A DNA stretch of 64,000 nucleotides from contig CAWJTV010000002.1 of assembly GCA_963845755.1 (NCBI GenBank), positions 1 to 64,000 of the forward strand, in the 5' to 3' direction. This stretch comes from an uncultured Planctomycetota bacterium (GTDB lineage: Bacteria > Planctomycetota > Planctomycetia > Isosphaerales > Isosphaeraceae). The stretch's first letter is position 1; each line of letters starts with the position of its first letter. Shown here one piece after another: positions 42,001-55,115 of this stretch. A model generated the notes under the pieces. It saw only the letters and a program-made list of their open reading frames with translations. It was not told where the DNA came from and searched no databases. The position numbers and the translations under genes are program-made.

Positions 42001-45000
42001 CGAGGAACAATTCGACGGTGGTGCCCGCGGTGGGGACCGAGGCGGTGTAACTCACGTCGAGCATGCTGCCGGGCGCGACGTCGGTGTCGGAGTTGGGGCT
42101 GGTGAGCGACAGGGTCGGCGGCGCCGGGAGCGTCGGCTGGGCGATCCCGTCATAGCTGACGGTGCCCAGGCCCGTCGTGTCGGCGATCGCGATGCTCCAG
42201 GTCCCCGCAACCGGGTTTGCGATGGTCACCAAGGCGGACGTGCTGCTCGAGAGCGAGGGCACGTACAGGATCGGCCCGGAGGTGGGCGGGTTGGTCGTGT
42301 TAACGGTCGTCTGGTTGCCATTGGGATCGGTGAGCGCCAGCGTCACGCCGCCGCTCTGGAGCGGATCGGTCCACTCGGCGGCCACAAAGGCGGTACTCGT
42401 GCCGGAGGGGACCGTGAACGTGGGGTCGCCGAAGAAGGGGATCGGGATATGGCCGATCGTATCGATGGTCCCATTGAAGAACACCTTGAGGCCGATCGTG
42501 CCCAAGCTCCCCGCGCTCCCGGTGACTTGGACGTAATCCTGGGCCAGGCTGCCCGAGTTGAAGCCCGGGGCGATGTAGATCATCGCCGTAGCGCTGATGC
42601 TCCCCAGGTTGAGGTGCGACAGCAGGCTCAGACCCGGCACCTTGGCGAGCTGGCCTAGGTTCAGCGATGCCGTCTCGGTGCCTGTTAGCCCGCCGCTTAC
42701 GGAGCCCATGATGTTACCATTGAGCGTGAAGAGCCCGCCGAGGCCCGACAACGAGCCAGAGAGGAGGATCGAGCCCTTCTGCCAGTCGGCATTGATGGAC
42801 TCCATCCCCGACAGGAGACCGGGGGTGAGGAACACGACGTTATCAGTGCCCTCGAAGTGGTTGGCGTCCACCGTCGCGGTCCCATTGATCGAGACCAGCG
42901 ACGAGATCGACAACGACGACAGTCCGGTCCAGTTCGGGAACGGGATTTCGATCGCCGGGCTGATCGCGGGCCCGATGGTAACGCCCAGCGTCCCGGTGAA
43001 GGTGAGCGGCTGGCTCGGATCGGCGATGTTGTTGGCGTGCAGGCCGGCCGTCTGGATCCAGACCGGGACCTCGCCCAGCGGCCCCTCGTTGATATTGTTG
43101 GCCGTCAGCCCGACCTCATTGACCGCCCCCTTCAGCAGGCCCAGGGTGCCGTCGAGGGTGATGCTGGTCCCCGGCAACTTCACCGTGATCATGCCCGTAT
43201 ACTTCTGGGCGACCGTGTTAACCGCCAGGCTCCCCGAGGGGATGCCGAAGCCCTTGGCCGGGAGCGGGGGGATGGTGAAATTGTCGGTGAAAGAGAACAC
43301 GCCCTTCACGTCGATTGTGTAGGGGGTGTTGATGTTATTATTGGACGAAATCAGGATATAACTGTCCTTACTCGGGTCGTCGCTCGCCTGCAGGTTCGCG
43401 TCGATCGTGAGCTGGACGCCCTTGATGTCCGCGCTGAGCTTCACCTCGCCGCTGATCTTGAGGCTGGCCGGCGTGCCCGGCTGGCCGGGCTCCCCGGTCG
43501 TCTCGGCCACGTAGTGGATGTGCAGCGCCGTGGACTCGACGTCCACGCCGAACAGGCTGAACTTGGCGTCCGGGAAGTCGATGTCGGCCCCCGTGATCGA
43601 CACCGAGCCGTCGGACTTGATCTGGAGGTAGTTGGGGTCGTCGACACTGAATGTCAGGTTTCCCCACTTGGTCGGCAACTTCACCGAGCCCTCGAGCTGC
43701 AGCATGCCGGGCACGAAGGTGATCTTCGTCAGGTCGAACTCCAGGCCGGCGATCTTGGCATTCGCGACCGAGTCGTCGCCCCCGTCCGCGTCGCCGCCGG
43801 ACTGGCCGCGCGGGATGTCGATCTCGCCGTCGAAGAGCGTGACCGTCTGGCCGTACATGTCCACCGTGAGCGTGCCGTCGAGTTTGATCTCCGAATTGTC
43901 GGCATAGAAGTCCCCCTCGAAGGTCGTAAGCGATTGGAATGTGCCTCCGCGCAGGCCGATCTCCAGTTTGGCGTTCTCGATCTTGGTCACCTTGCCGTCG
44001 GACTCGATCTGGCCAACCGACAAACGAATCGCGAGCGGATCGAAGTTCAGCAAATCCTGGTTGACCGGGGCGTTGCCTTCGCTGGATCCGTCTGGAGCGG
44101 TCAAGCTGATCTGACCCTGTGGCACGGACGTGTTGTTGGGATCGGGAGTGTATCTCAGAGTGATGTTGCCGGCATCGCCAGCGCTTTGGCTGATGCGCGA
44201 ATCGCCCTGGTAAGTTGGCGTGGGCTGGCTGGGCCCGGCCATGGTTATTGTCATCGATTGTGGATCGGTCGAGTCGACCTGGTCCGTCAGCGGGAAAGCC
44301 AGGCCGTTGGAATCCAAAGTGAAAAGCTCAGCATCGTAAAGCGTCTGGTCGAGGACCGTTTGAATACTGGTCGGCGGGACGGTGGCGACCATGTTGCCAT
44401 TCGCGTCGCAGGTCACAGTGTTGGGCGGATAGATCGAGGCCGTGGCCGCGATGTGGATGCTGCCCGACAGCAGATTGCCGATCAGTCCGGCCTGTCTCAT
44501 AATCGACCCTTCAGAGTCGAGGAGCGGCGCGCGGGGTCAGGGCGAAGGTGTTCGTACCTCCCGGTGCTAGTTGAAAGTGGTATTCATCCTGAGAGAAGCT
44601 CGTCTCGAAGGCGCGGATTCCCGACAGAGTGATATCGACCTCCACGCTCGTGTTCTTATCAGGGGTGCCCGTGTTCGTGATCGTGATCTTGCCCGAAGGG
44701 CTGGCCCCGCCAATCCAACCCGTGAAAAGTTGGCTACTTCCGTTCAGAGTAACTTTCGGCGCGGTGAGCTGCGTGTCTTTGGGGGGTGGGGTGCATGGTT
44801 GGGGTTTGGCAGGTGATCCCGGCGGCGTCAGCCCGTGCCATCCCGCAGCCGTGACGCCGGAGCCCGGGTCGCTCGTCGCCGTCAGGCCGTCGGCCGAGAC
44901 GGTCGCAGTGCCATCGATGACCAGTCGGCCGGTCGTGTGGTCGAAGCTGAGAACGTCCAGCTTCGTCCCCGGCGCGGCGTTGAAGACATTCGGGAAGGTC

Positions 45001-48000
45001 AAGATCGCTGGCGTCGAGAATGTCGTGACACCCGGCGCCTGGATCGTGATGTCGAATGTGTGCTGCATCACACCTGCCGGCAGCATGTCCATGACCAATT
45101 GCGGCGGAACGGTGCTGATGCCGACGTGGCCGCTCGCCAGCTTCTGGCCGTCGGGCCCGACGAGGCTGCCGGGCTGGACGGTGAGGGTCAGTTCCTGTTG
45201 CTGCTGGGGCGTCAGGTCCGCAGCCGCGCCGGGCTGGACGGTCAGCGTGGTTGGCTCGGTGTTGCTGACGGTCTGGAGGATCGAGTTTGCGACGCGCGGC
45301 AGATAGACACCCTTTGCGTTGGCCTGGGCCGCCTCCTGTTCGAGGGTGCCCATGCTCCCCATGGCGGTATTGGCCTGGCCCGGCTGGATAGTCAGGTCCA
45401 GCACCATCTCAGGGAAGAAGTAGCCGGCCGGAGGATTGCTCGCTGTGCGACCGTCGACGACAAGTTTGACGTCGCCGGTGGGTACCGAGCTGAAGGAAAA
45501 GCTGCCGTCGGGGCCGGTGACGACCTTCTGGTCCTCTTGTCCAAGGATGTAGACCGTCACCCCGGCGATCGGGTCGAGGTAGACGTCGTCGCCGGTCATG
45601 AGGACGCCGTCGGGGCCGGCCTTGACGTCGTCGGTCGAGTCCGGTTTGAGATCTGGTCCGGGGTCGGCGACGATGCCCGAAAGGCTCGTCCCGGGCACGC
45701 TGGCTGTGCTGACCGTCGTGAAAGTCTCCGTGAGGAGACTGCCGGGCGTGCCGGTGCCGGCCGCGTCGAGGAGGGTGCCGTCCGACGCTTTGATCGTCGA
45801 ACCATCGATCGTCAGCGTGACCCGCGAGGCGCCGGGCATCGGGTTCGTCGGGAAGAGCCAGGCGTATGTGCCGTCGTCGGACGGGACGATCGTGGTGAGG
45901 ATCATGGAGCCAGAGGGGTCCTTCAAGTAAAAGTCGTCCGCCGTCAAGGTGGACGGATCGATCGGGCGCGAGAAAATGATCTTGGGTCGGAAGGTCACGC
46001 CGACGTCGACCGAGCCGTCAGTCGGCGCGACGCTGCTGAGCATCAGCGCGGGAGGCGCGGCCAGATTGACGTCCATCGAGTCGTGCGACACGTTACCGGC
46101 CGCATCGCGAGCCGTCACCGTCAGGGTGTGGTCGCCGAGAGACAAGTGGGACTGGTCGAGCACCTGGGAGAACGTGCCGTCTGAGGCGAAGGCGATCGAG
46201 GAGCTCGGTGCCGCCGTCGAAGTTGTACGACAGCGCCGTGATCGCCGAGCCGGTGGCGTCGGCGGTGCCGGCGAGCAACTCACCGTCGGTCAAGGTGCCG
46301 GGCAACGGGCTGGTGAGCGTCAGAGTTGCGCCTTGGTGTCGAGTGTCATGGAGGCGGGGACCAGGGACGTCGCGTTGCCGGCAAAGTCAGTAGCCTGGAA
46401 GTTGATCGTGTGCGCTCCGTCGGACGCGAAGGTCGTCGCGAAGGTCGTCGCCAGGGAGAAGTGACCCTGCGAGTCGAACGAGATCGGCGCGAAGTTACCG
46501 CCGTCGACCTGGGCTTGCAGCGAGGCGACGCCCGAGAGGTTGTCGAGTACGGTCCCGGTGATCGTGAGGTTGGATGAGGTGGTCACGCTCCCCGTGGACG
46601 GGTTGGTGAGTGTGATCGTCGGCGGGCTGTGGTCGCTCGAGGTGGAGAAGGTCTGGAGGACATAAGCACCGAGGTTGCCGCCCGCCGTCAAGCCGGCTTG
46701 ATTTGAGAAATCGAAGTGGATGCCGCCGTCGATGCGGCTTTCGCCCGCGTCCGCAGCCGCTTGCTCGAAGCTGGAATACGAGCGAGTGACGCCGGGCAGG
46801 CCGACCGACGAAGTCGTGAAGGTGTAGGAACTGCCGAAGACTGACGTGAGGACTGCTGCCGCGGCGCCGCTGAAGGTGCTGTGGCCTGAGACGTACTCGG
46901 GAAAGGGGGGCGTTGTCAGCAGAGGCACCCAGTTGGCGATCGTCTGAACCTGGCTGTTGCCAGATGGGGAGGGGTCCGCGGCGATCGCGATCGGCCGCCA
47001 GGCATTGTATGTGTACTTGGCGTCCCAGGCGACGACGGCCGCGTCGCCCTCGGCGATGTTCAGCTCGGCGAAGAGTCGGGCGTCCTGCGCCAGGCTGTCC
47101 CCCTGTTGCTGGGCGACCTGCTCCGCGATCGCATTCCAGTGGCCCGGCGGAGTATAGGTGCCGGACTTGTCATTCCAGAAGAGGGCGATCTGTGTCTCGT
47201 CAGCGGTCCGGGTCGTACTGTTGACGGCGCCGAGGCTCAGAGTCTTGTTGACGTCGTCGGCCCACTCCTGGCTGTCCAGGGCGGGCGGCGCCCCGGTCGG
47301 AACTGGCTGTCGCTAGTCATCGCGAACGGCACGAGCGTCGCCCACTGGGGATTCTCGGCGGGGGCGTAGGCGGGAGCTGTCGGCTGCCAGTCACCGGGGG
47401 CCGTGCCCGGCGTGTAGTCGACGTAGTTGGTGGAACCGTCGTTCGCCCGCATCGCGATGATCGCGTTGGCGACCGACTGGCCCACCGACATCCCGTCGGT
47501 CTTCGACTGGCCATCGGGGACGGTCGCCATGGCGGTGGCCAGGAGCGAGTTGAAACTCGACACCTGTGCCGGGTAGAGATAGGCGAGGACCGTGTACGCC
47601 GCCGCCGAGACGGCCGCATCGGCCGACGCCCCAGCCGGCGCCTTCAGCGAGACGTAGTATCCGGGTGTCCCGTCGATGGCATTGACTGCATCGTAGACCG
47701 CCGCCGAGACCATCGCCAGGCCGCGCGAGGCGTACTCCGGCGTCGACGCGTCGTTCTCGATCGCCTGGAGCTGGACCTGGTTCCAGTAGATGACGGGGTT
47801 TACACCGCCGGTCGCTGCATCGCGGTGGATCGTCACCTGGTACTGGCTGGTGTTTCCCGCCGCGTCCGTCGCGACGACCGTCAACGCGTTGTCGCCAAGG
47901 GCCAGGCCCACGCCGGGGAACTGGAAGGCGCCGGTATTCGTTGACGACGCCGTCGCGCCCGTCTGGGCGATATTCAGGCTGACGTTGGCGTCAGTCTGCC

Positions 48001-49903
48001 CAGTCAGCGTTGCCTGGCCGTCGGTTGTGCTCAGCGCGAGGCCATTCTCCTGGTCAACGGTGGCTAGGCTGAACGCCGGCTGTACTGGCGGAATGGTATC
48101 CAGGGTGAAGCGGATGTCGGTCGGTCCGGACACGTTGCCGCGCACGTCGGTAGCCACCAGGCGGACCGTGTGAATTCCGTCGGCCGAGCCGTCGAGGGCA
48201 AGTCCGGTCGTGAACTGGAAATCTCCCGACGAATCGAACTCCAGGGGAACGACAGGGCCCGAGTTGACTTGCTCGGAAAGCGAGGCCACATCCGCCACGG
48301 TACCCGTGACCTCACCGGCGATCGTGACGTTGGAATGGGTCACGAGCCCCTGAGCCGGGCTCTGGATCGAGATGGTTGGCCCCTGTGTATCAAGAGTGAA
48401 CGTGAAAGCGAAGGGCTGGGAAATGTTACCAGCCTTGTCGGTGGCCGCGAATTGAACGGTGTTCGAGCCATCGGCTGAACTGTCCAGGGCCAGGTTCGTC
48501 GTGAAGTGGAAGCTTCCCGAAGCGTCGAGAGCAACGTCGGTGTATGCACCGCCATCCACCGAGGCTCGCAGGACGGCGACACCGGTACGTTCATCACTGA
48601 CCTGGCCCTTGATCGCGACATTCTGGGCCGTCACCAATCCGCTCGTCGGACTGCTCACCGTGACGACCGGTGGGACCGTGTCCAGCGTGAAGGAGTAATC
48701 CATCGGGCTGGAGACGTTCCTGGCCTGGTCGGTTGCCGTCAGTTGGACGGTATGAACCCCGTCGGCCGAACCGCCGAGCAGCAAGTTCGTGGCGTAATGG
48801 AAGTTGCCTGAGGAGTCGAAGGAAACATCGACCAATGGGCCCGAATCCACCTGTGCCTGAAGCTTGGCGACGCCCGAGAGGTCATCGGTCACCTGACCCG
48901 TGATTGTGACGTTTGAGTTGGTGAGCAAGTTCGGACCAGGAGTTTCGATCGAGATGATCGGCGGCTGGGAATCGATGATGTCGTTCTTTCGGGTGACAAA
49001 CAGGTCGAAGGTTGCACGCTGGCCGAAGGTGTCGGAGGCAGCCACATGGAACGGGGTGACGCCAGTTCCGACCTGAATGGCAAAGTGAAAGAGACCATTG
49101 GCATCGGCTGACGTAACCTGGCTGGTGGTTCCCACATTCCCCTGATCGAGCGCGAGCGTGGCGCCGGGCTCGGTATGCCCCACGATCGTGATATCGGGCT
49201 GGGAGACGGTCTCACGGCCGGTCGGATCGAAGGTGCGATCCACCGCTGCGGAGAGCGAAAGAGGCCGCACGTGAGTTGAGGCTCCCAGGTTCTGCTGTGC
49301 CAGCCGCAAGTCCCAGTCGCCGATCCAGCCGTTGCCATTGATGTCCGCATTCGGCAGATAGCGCGGGTTCTCCATTGCGCCCCGGCATGCGAGCGGATGA
49401 TTCGCAAGTCCTGGCGATTGACCTGGAAATCGCCGTTGACGTCGCCCACGAGGAATGTGTCGAGGCTATACGTACCGCCGGCGCCTCGTTCGCCGCCCTC
49501 CTTCACAACGAAAGAACCCGGAGTGAGACGAACCAGGGTCAAGCTCTCATTGGACCCCCGCGCACCGTTATGGTGAATCTCGCCCAAGACCTTTGCGCCG
49601 GCCAGGGGGATGATCCGAATCCGGCCAGGGTGTAAAGGATTCTTCCCTTCGCCTTTGACCTTTAACCCGAAGACCATCTGGTCCGAATGGAGGTGAAAAC
49701 CGTCGAGTCCTACCTGAATCGTGATCGAATCCGCTTGGTGGCGCGCGACCATCCGATCAGAGAAACTCGCGAAGGGGTCGAGTCCCGGCGAGAGTAGCGG
49801 CCGGTCCTCGAGCACCTCGAGCCGGGGCCGCAGCGCAGCTGCATCTCCGGTTCCTGACCGCCGTGATGGGACGGATTCGCCTAAGGGAACGCGGAGAACC
49901 CAT
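36083..49903 (-). CDS. Giant multidomain surface protein (~4600 aa once frameshifts are joined)
   Basis: LEVLEDRPLLS export motif, dockerin-like GDVNGD/DINGNG, Ig-like repeats, haloperoxidase/PAP2 domain, SdrD-B-like and choice-of-anchor-D-like domains, DTNGDG repeats, LVIVD-like propeller, C-terminal FG-GAP (GDVNGDGKLD) repeats; ORF pieces abut in shifted frames. Confidence 0.82.
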
Positions 49904-50246
49904 GATGAACCCCCTCTTCATAGAAGCTGCCGTCGCAAGAAGATATGAGGAAGTGCCGGATTCAATCTCGTGGTTGGCTTCCACCCAAGCGGTCCGCTAC
50001 TGGCGATACACCAATAACGCACTCCACGACAAAGTGGATGCTTGAATCTGGTCGCGGGACAGTGCAGACTAGAGCCAGATCAACCTGTCTCTACCTACTA
50101 AGCACCATGACAGGTGTAAGACCGGCAAGCTTGATTTCGGAATTCTTCCGGATGCGCTCCCGGTGGCTGTTCTGGCTCTGAGCGGGGTGACGAGTCTCGG
50201 TCAGTGAGAACTCTGTTCACAACCTGGGTTTGGGGCAATGAATTCC

Positions 50247-50854
50247 ATGGGCAGTGGCGAGACCACCCAGTACCAAGGTTGGATCGACCGACTTCAGGCG
50301 GGCGACGACTCGGCCCTCAACGAGATCTTGACCCACTTCGAGGGCCGCCTGATCCATCTCAGTCATCTCATGCTGTCCCAGTTCCCGCGGGTGCGGCGCT
50401 GGGAGGAGACCGGCGATGTCTTTCAGGAAGCGATGATTCGCCTCCATCAGTCGCTCCTGAAGGTGACTCCGGCGACATCCCCGCGATTTCCTCAACCTGG
50501 CGGCGACTCCAGGTCCGACGCGAGCTGCTCTCCCTGGCGAAGGCCCATCGAGCGGATGCTCGACGCAGCCAGGCAGCAGCCCCGGACACGGACGGGACGG
50601 ACAGGTTCGATGAGCCCAGCAACGGCACCGACGGGCCTTGTGAGCTGGCCATCTGGACCGAGTTTCATGAGCAAGTCGGCGCCATGGATGAAACCTTGCG
50701 CGAAGTGTTTGGGCTGATCTGGTACCACGGTCTGACCCAGCGGGAGGCCGCCGCGGTCCTGGATGTGAGCGAGCGTACCGTTCGGGGGCGTTGGCAAGAG
50801 GCCCGGCTGGCGATGCGTAGAGCCCTCGGCGGACAGTTGCCGGGGCCATCCTGA
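50247..50854 (+). CDS. ECF RNA polymerase sigma factor (frameshifted)
   Basis: RLQAGDDSALNE, RWEETGDVFQEA (region 2), WYHGLTQREAAAVLDVSERTVRGRW (region 4). Confidence 0.88.
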
Positions 50855-50868
50855 TCAGGGGAACCGCG

Positions 50869-53741
50869 ATGTCGTCGATGACCCAGGATTCTCCTCACAA
50901 GCGGGTGGGCGAGCTTCTCATCGAATGGGAGGAACGGCGCGAGCGGGGAGAAGAGGTCGCGCCGGCGGTCCTGTGCGAGGACTGCCCGGAGTTGATCGAG
51001 GAACTCGAGAACCAGATTCGCGAACTCAAGGCCTGGGACCCGTTGTTGCCTCACATGGTCGGGGGGCGGAACGAGGACTCATCGTGCGAGGAACCCGTGG
51101 GGGATGACGTCCGGGCAAGCGCCGAGTTCCTGGCGCGGCTGAGCGACTTGACGTTCCACGCCAAGGGGGGACTTGGAATCGTCTACAAAGCCTGGCACGA
51201 CGAGCTCCAACGGATCGTCGCCGTCAAGTTCCTTCAGCGGCACCACGCCGCTAACCCGTTCGTTCGCTCACGATTCCTCCGAGAAGCCGAGATTACGGCG
51301 AAGCTCGAGCACCCGGGGATCGTGCCGATCTACGGGATCGGGCGCGACTCGACCGGGGCTCCCTGCTACGTCATGCGGTTCATCGAGGGCCCCACTCTGG
51401 AAGAGTCCATCAAGTGCTTCCATGCGACGGTTTGGGCAAGTCCCGGCGGGCGGAACAAGGCTTTTCGCGACCTGATGGGCCATTACCTCGCAGCCAGCGC
51501 GGCGGTCGCCTATGCCCATGGCAAGGGAGTGCTGCACCGCGACATCAAGCCGAGTAACATGGTCCTCGGCCCATTGGGCCAGGTCGTCGTCCTCGACTGG
51601 GGGTTGGGGAAGTCCCCATCAACCTGCGAAGAGAAGACGCGGCGCGCCGAAGCCGCGAACGGTTCAAACTCTCCGCCCTGGGGTTCGGCCACCCTCGGCC
51701 GGATGGGGACGCTGGGCTACATGAGTCGCGAGCAGCAGGATGGTGACTGGCGCCGCGTCAACGCGCGCAGTGATGTCTTCAGCCTCGGCGTGACGCTGTA
51801 TTTCTTGTTGACCGGGAAGCTCCCGTTTCCAGGTGGTTCCGCGGCTGAGGTTCTGAACAAGGTGGAGAACGGCAAGTTCCAACCTCCGCGACACCGCGCC
51901 GGCGATCCCTCGTCCCCTAGAAGCCATCTGTCTCAGGGCGATGAACGCTCGTCCCGAGGACCGCTATCCGACGGCGTTGGAGCTCGGTGGAGGACCTGAA
52001 GAGCTGGATGGCCGACGAGCCGGTCTCGGCCGTGCCGGAACGCTGGTACCACCGAGGGGCGCGGGCGGTCCGGCGACATCGGGCGGCGGCGAGTGTGGCC
52101 GTGCTCGGGTTGCTCGTCGTTGCGATTGTGGCCACGGGCGCCGCCTTCTGGATCGCCCACGCCCGAACGGGCGAGCATCGGGCCCGGAAACGGTCCGAGA
52201 CTCGGCTCGATCTGGCCATGAGCGCGATCGGCCAGTTCCGAAAGGTGGTCGCGGAGAACCTGGACGTGCAGAACCAGCCCGAGTTGAAACCCCTCCGAAT
52301 GAAACTGCTCGAAGAACCGTTGAGATTCTACCAGCAATTGCGCGAAGATCTGAGGCAAGGCGAGGACTCCGATACCGATGCCCGGGCCAAGCTCGTCCGG
52401 GCCACGCTCGATCTTGCCGTGATCGCGGCCGAGATCGGCCCGAATCGTCGAGCGATCCAGAATTTCGAAGAAGCGATCGCGAACCTCGAGGCCCTGACAC
52501 GCCAGGACCCCAAGGACCAGGAGGGACAGCTCCTCCTGGCGCGGGGCCATGGAGAAGCTCGGCCTCCTCTTGCGCACCCAGGGGCGTGACGACCAGGCTC
52601 GCGGCCACCTGGAGCAAGCCCGCAACCTCCTTGAGAAACTCGCGGAGCAGAATCCGAATGGCACGGTCTATCGAGCCGACCAGGCCCGGGCCCTCGACCG
52701 GCTGGCGTTACTCGACCTCACCAGCCAACCCGATCGATCGCGCAACCTGTTCGAGCAAGCGATTGCGATCGACCGCAAACTGATCGAGCAAGGGCCACCT
52801 GAGGTAGCTTCCGTTCGGTCCGACCTGGCCCTGGTGCACAACCACCTCGGGATCCTGCACCGGGCCGAGAACCGACCCGATCAGGCGGAAGCGTGTTACA
52901 ACGAAGCGATCGCAATCTTCGAGTCGCTCTTGAGAGAAAACCCTAACCAATCTCCCTATCGAGTCAGCCTGGCGACCGCCCATCACAATCTCGGCAACCT
53001 CCGCGTCCAGAAGGGTGGACTCGGCGCACTCGCAAGCTTCGAACGAGCTCGGGACTTGTTTGAAGCACTCTTACGCGAGCGGCCCGCGGTGTCCTCCTAC
53101 CGCGCCCAGCTCGCGAGGACCTGGGGGAACATCGCGGCGCTGCATCGCATCAGGCACCGCCTCGTCGAGGCGCGAGCCGGCTTCGAGCGCGCCGGGACTT
53201 GTTCGAGGAACTCGCCCACGACAATCCCGGAGTCTCTCGCCATCGCCGAGAATTGCTCACGACCTATAACAACCTCAGGCTGCTCTGGATGGAAGCGAAG
53301 CGCCCGGAGAATGTCGTCGCCTGCGTGCAGAGGATCCGCACCCTGCTCGAAGGACTGTTGAAGGAAAACCCCACGGACGAGGGGCTCCAGGTCAACCTGA
53401 TTTCCATGTGTACCATGCTCGGCGAAGCCTGCGAAGAACTCGGCCGCGACCGGGAGGCGCTGAACGCTTTCGAGCAAGCTGCCAGCCGGACACGAACTCT
53501 GATTGATCTGGGTGACGGATCCCCCCTGAAACGGAAAGACTTGCTCGCAATCCTCTCGCCGCTGTTGAAATCCTACAGGAAACTGGGGCGATCCGCAGAT
53601 GTCGCCAAGATTACGGAAGAACTGCGTGGGTTGGACGCCGAAAATCCCGACCTTCTCAGCGGAGCCGCATTACCGGCTGATGTTTTCGCACCCGGATCGA
53701 GCAATTCTCACCATACCCCGCCGGCAGGTATCATGCCCTGA
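50869..53741 (+). CDS. Membrane Ser/Thr protein kinase with TPR repeats (several frameshifts)
   Basis: KGGLGIVY, VAVK, HPGIVP, HRDIKPSN, LDWGL, GTLGYMS, SDVFSLG; TM segment AVLGLLVVAIV; TPR-like helices. Confidence 0.9.
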
Positions 53742-54516
53742 TCGGCCGCGTGTAGACAGATGTTGTCGATCCTGGGCGCGGGTCTCCTCCCCTCGCCCGT
53801 CCCTCGACTTCTGGCCTCCCAGTGCTCGCCGTCCGGCGGACCCAGACATATGTCGTGCCTCTCGACAACACAAGCCCTGAATCAGAATATTAGAACATAT
53901 GTAAATACAAGATAATAAGTCGATGGCGAGGCTCTGAGGGCGGTCTGAAGTTCCCATCTCAAACTTCTCGGGGTATCTGTCCCTCAGCTCCCGATATCAC
54001 TGGTGAGGTCAACCAAGGTGACGATCAGAGTGCTTTGAACAAGTACTCGAGCCTTCAACTACTTGAGTAGCCCGGCGATGATGGTGTTTCTGGCATCCGG
54101 ACCGTCGGCCACTCGAAAGGCGGATGCCGGGGGAGCTTCACGAACGATTCGTCGTAGACTTTTTCGAGCCGATTGCCGAGTTCGGCCGGCGCCGGGACGG
54201 CCGGCGCGACGCTCAGAGTGTTGGGCGTCTGGGTCGCTGGAACATGATGAGGGATATCGGACTCGCCGAGGTCTGCCCCATCCTCAACGCCACGAGTGAT
54301 TCGGCAGTCTCCTCCTCGGGTTGGCGTTCCATCGGACTTTCCCAACGGCGACGGGATGACTGCAATCCCGATCCTGATTGATATCTGCACAAGCTTCCTC
54401 TACCGAGTCTTCCTGCTTAATTCCTCCGCGGTTCAAGTCATATATCAATGTGGATGGCATTAACGCTGCCATTCCACACATCGTGACCGAATTCTCACGT
54501 TCGGAGGAACCCGATC

Positions 54517-54885
54517 TTGAGCCACATCGTGACCGTCAAGACCGAGGTCCGCGACCATGCCGCGGTCGCGGCGGCCTGCCGCCGGCTCGCACTGCCCGAG
54601 CCAGTCCAGGGCACGGCCAGCCTCTACAACGGCAATGCCAGCGGGTTACTCGTCCACCTGCCCGACTGGCACTACCCGGTCGTGATCGACACGGCCAGCG
54701 GCAACATCCGCTATGACAACTATGAAGGCTGCTGGGGCGACGAGAAGCATCTCCATCGCTTCTTGCAAGCCTACGTCGTCGAGAGGTCTCGTATCGAGGC
54801 CCGCAAGAAGAGCTACGTGACCACCGAGCAGTCCCTGGCCGACGGTTCCATCATGGTGGAAATCGAATTGGGAGGCTCGGCATGA
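54517..54885 (+). CDS. DUF1257 (Ycf35-like) protein
   Basis: MSHIVTVKTEVRD, LPDWHYPVV, YDNYEGCWG, EQSLADGSI. Confidence 0.8.
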   Translation: MSHIVTVKTEVRDHAAVAAACRRLALPEPVQGTASLYNGNASGLLVHLPDWHYPVVIDTASGNIRYDNYEGCWGDEKHLHRFLQAYVVERSRIEARKKSYVTTEQSLADGSIMVEIELGGSA

Positions 54886-55076
54886 AGAAAGTCATACGCG
54901 TCATCGTCGGCCCGAAGGGCGAGACGAGAGTTGAGACGAAGGGCTTCACAGGCGGCGAGTGCTGCGAAGCCAGCCGGTTCATCGAGCAGGCCCTGGGCCA
55001 GCCGGTCAACGAGCGGCTCACGGCCGAGTTCTACCAGTCGCAGGCCACCGACCAGCAGATCCGGCAGTCGCAGTGA
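54882..55076 (+). CDS. DUF2997 protein
   Basis: IVGPKGETRVETKGFTGGEC..ASRFIEQALG..LTAEFY; ATGA overlap with upstream gene. Confidence 0.82.
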   Translation: MKKVIRVIVGPKGETRVETKGFTGGECCEASRFIEQALGQPVNERLTAEFYQSQATDQQIRQSQ

Positions 55077-55115
55077 TCTCGGCACCCGCCATCGTCCTAT
55101 CTGAGGAGACATGCG

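Noticed and set aside
36083..49903. Diversity-generating retroelement or phase-variable frameshifts in the giant gene
   Set aside because: No reverse transcriptase or template/variable repeat pair is seen, and the indel density is similar to that in housekeeping genes.
53788..53799. TCCCCTCGCCCG matching the tRNA 3' end (possible attR)
   Set aside because: Only 12 bp of GC-rich sequence, lacks the TTCGAA T-loop, and element-type genes continue to the right; consistent with chance.
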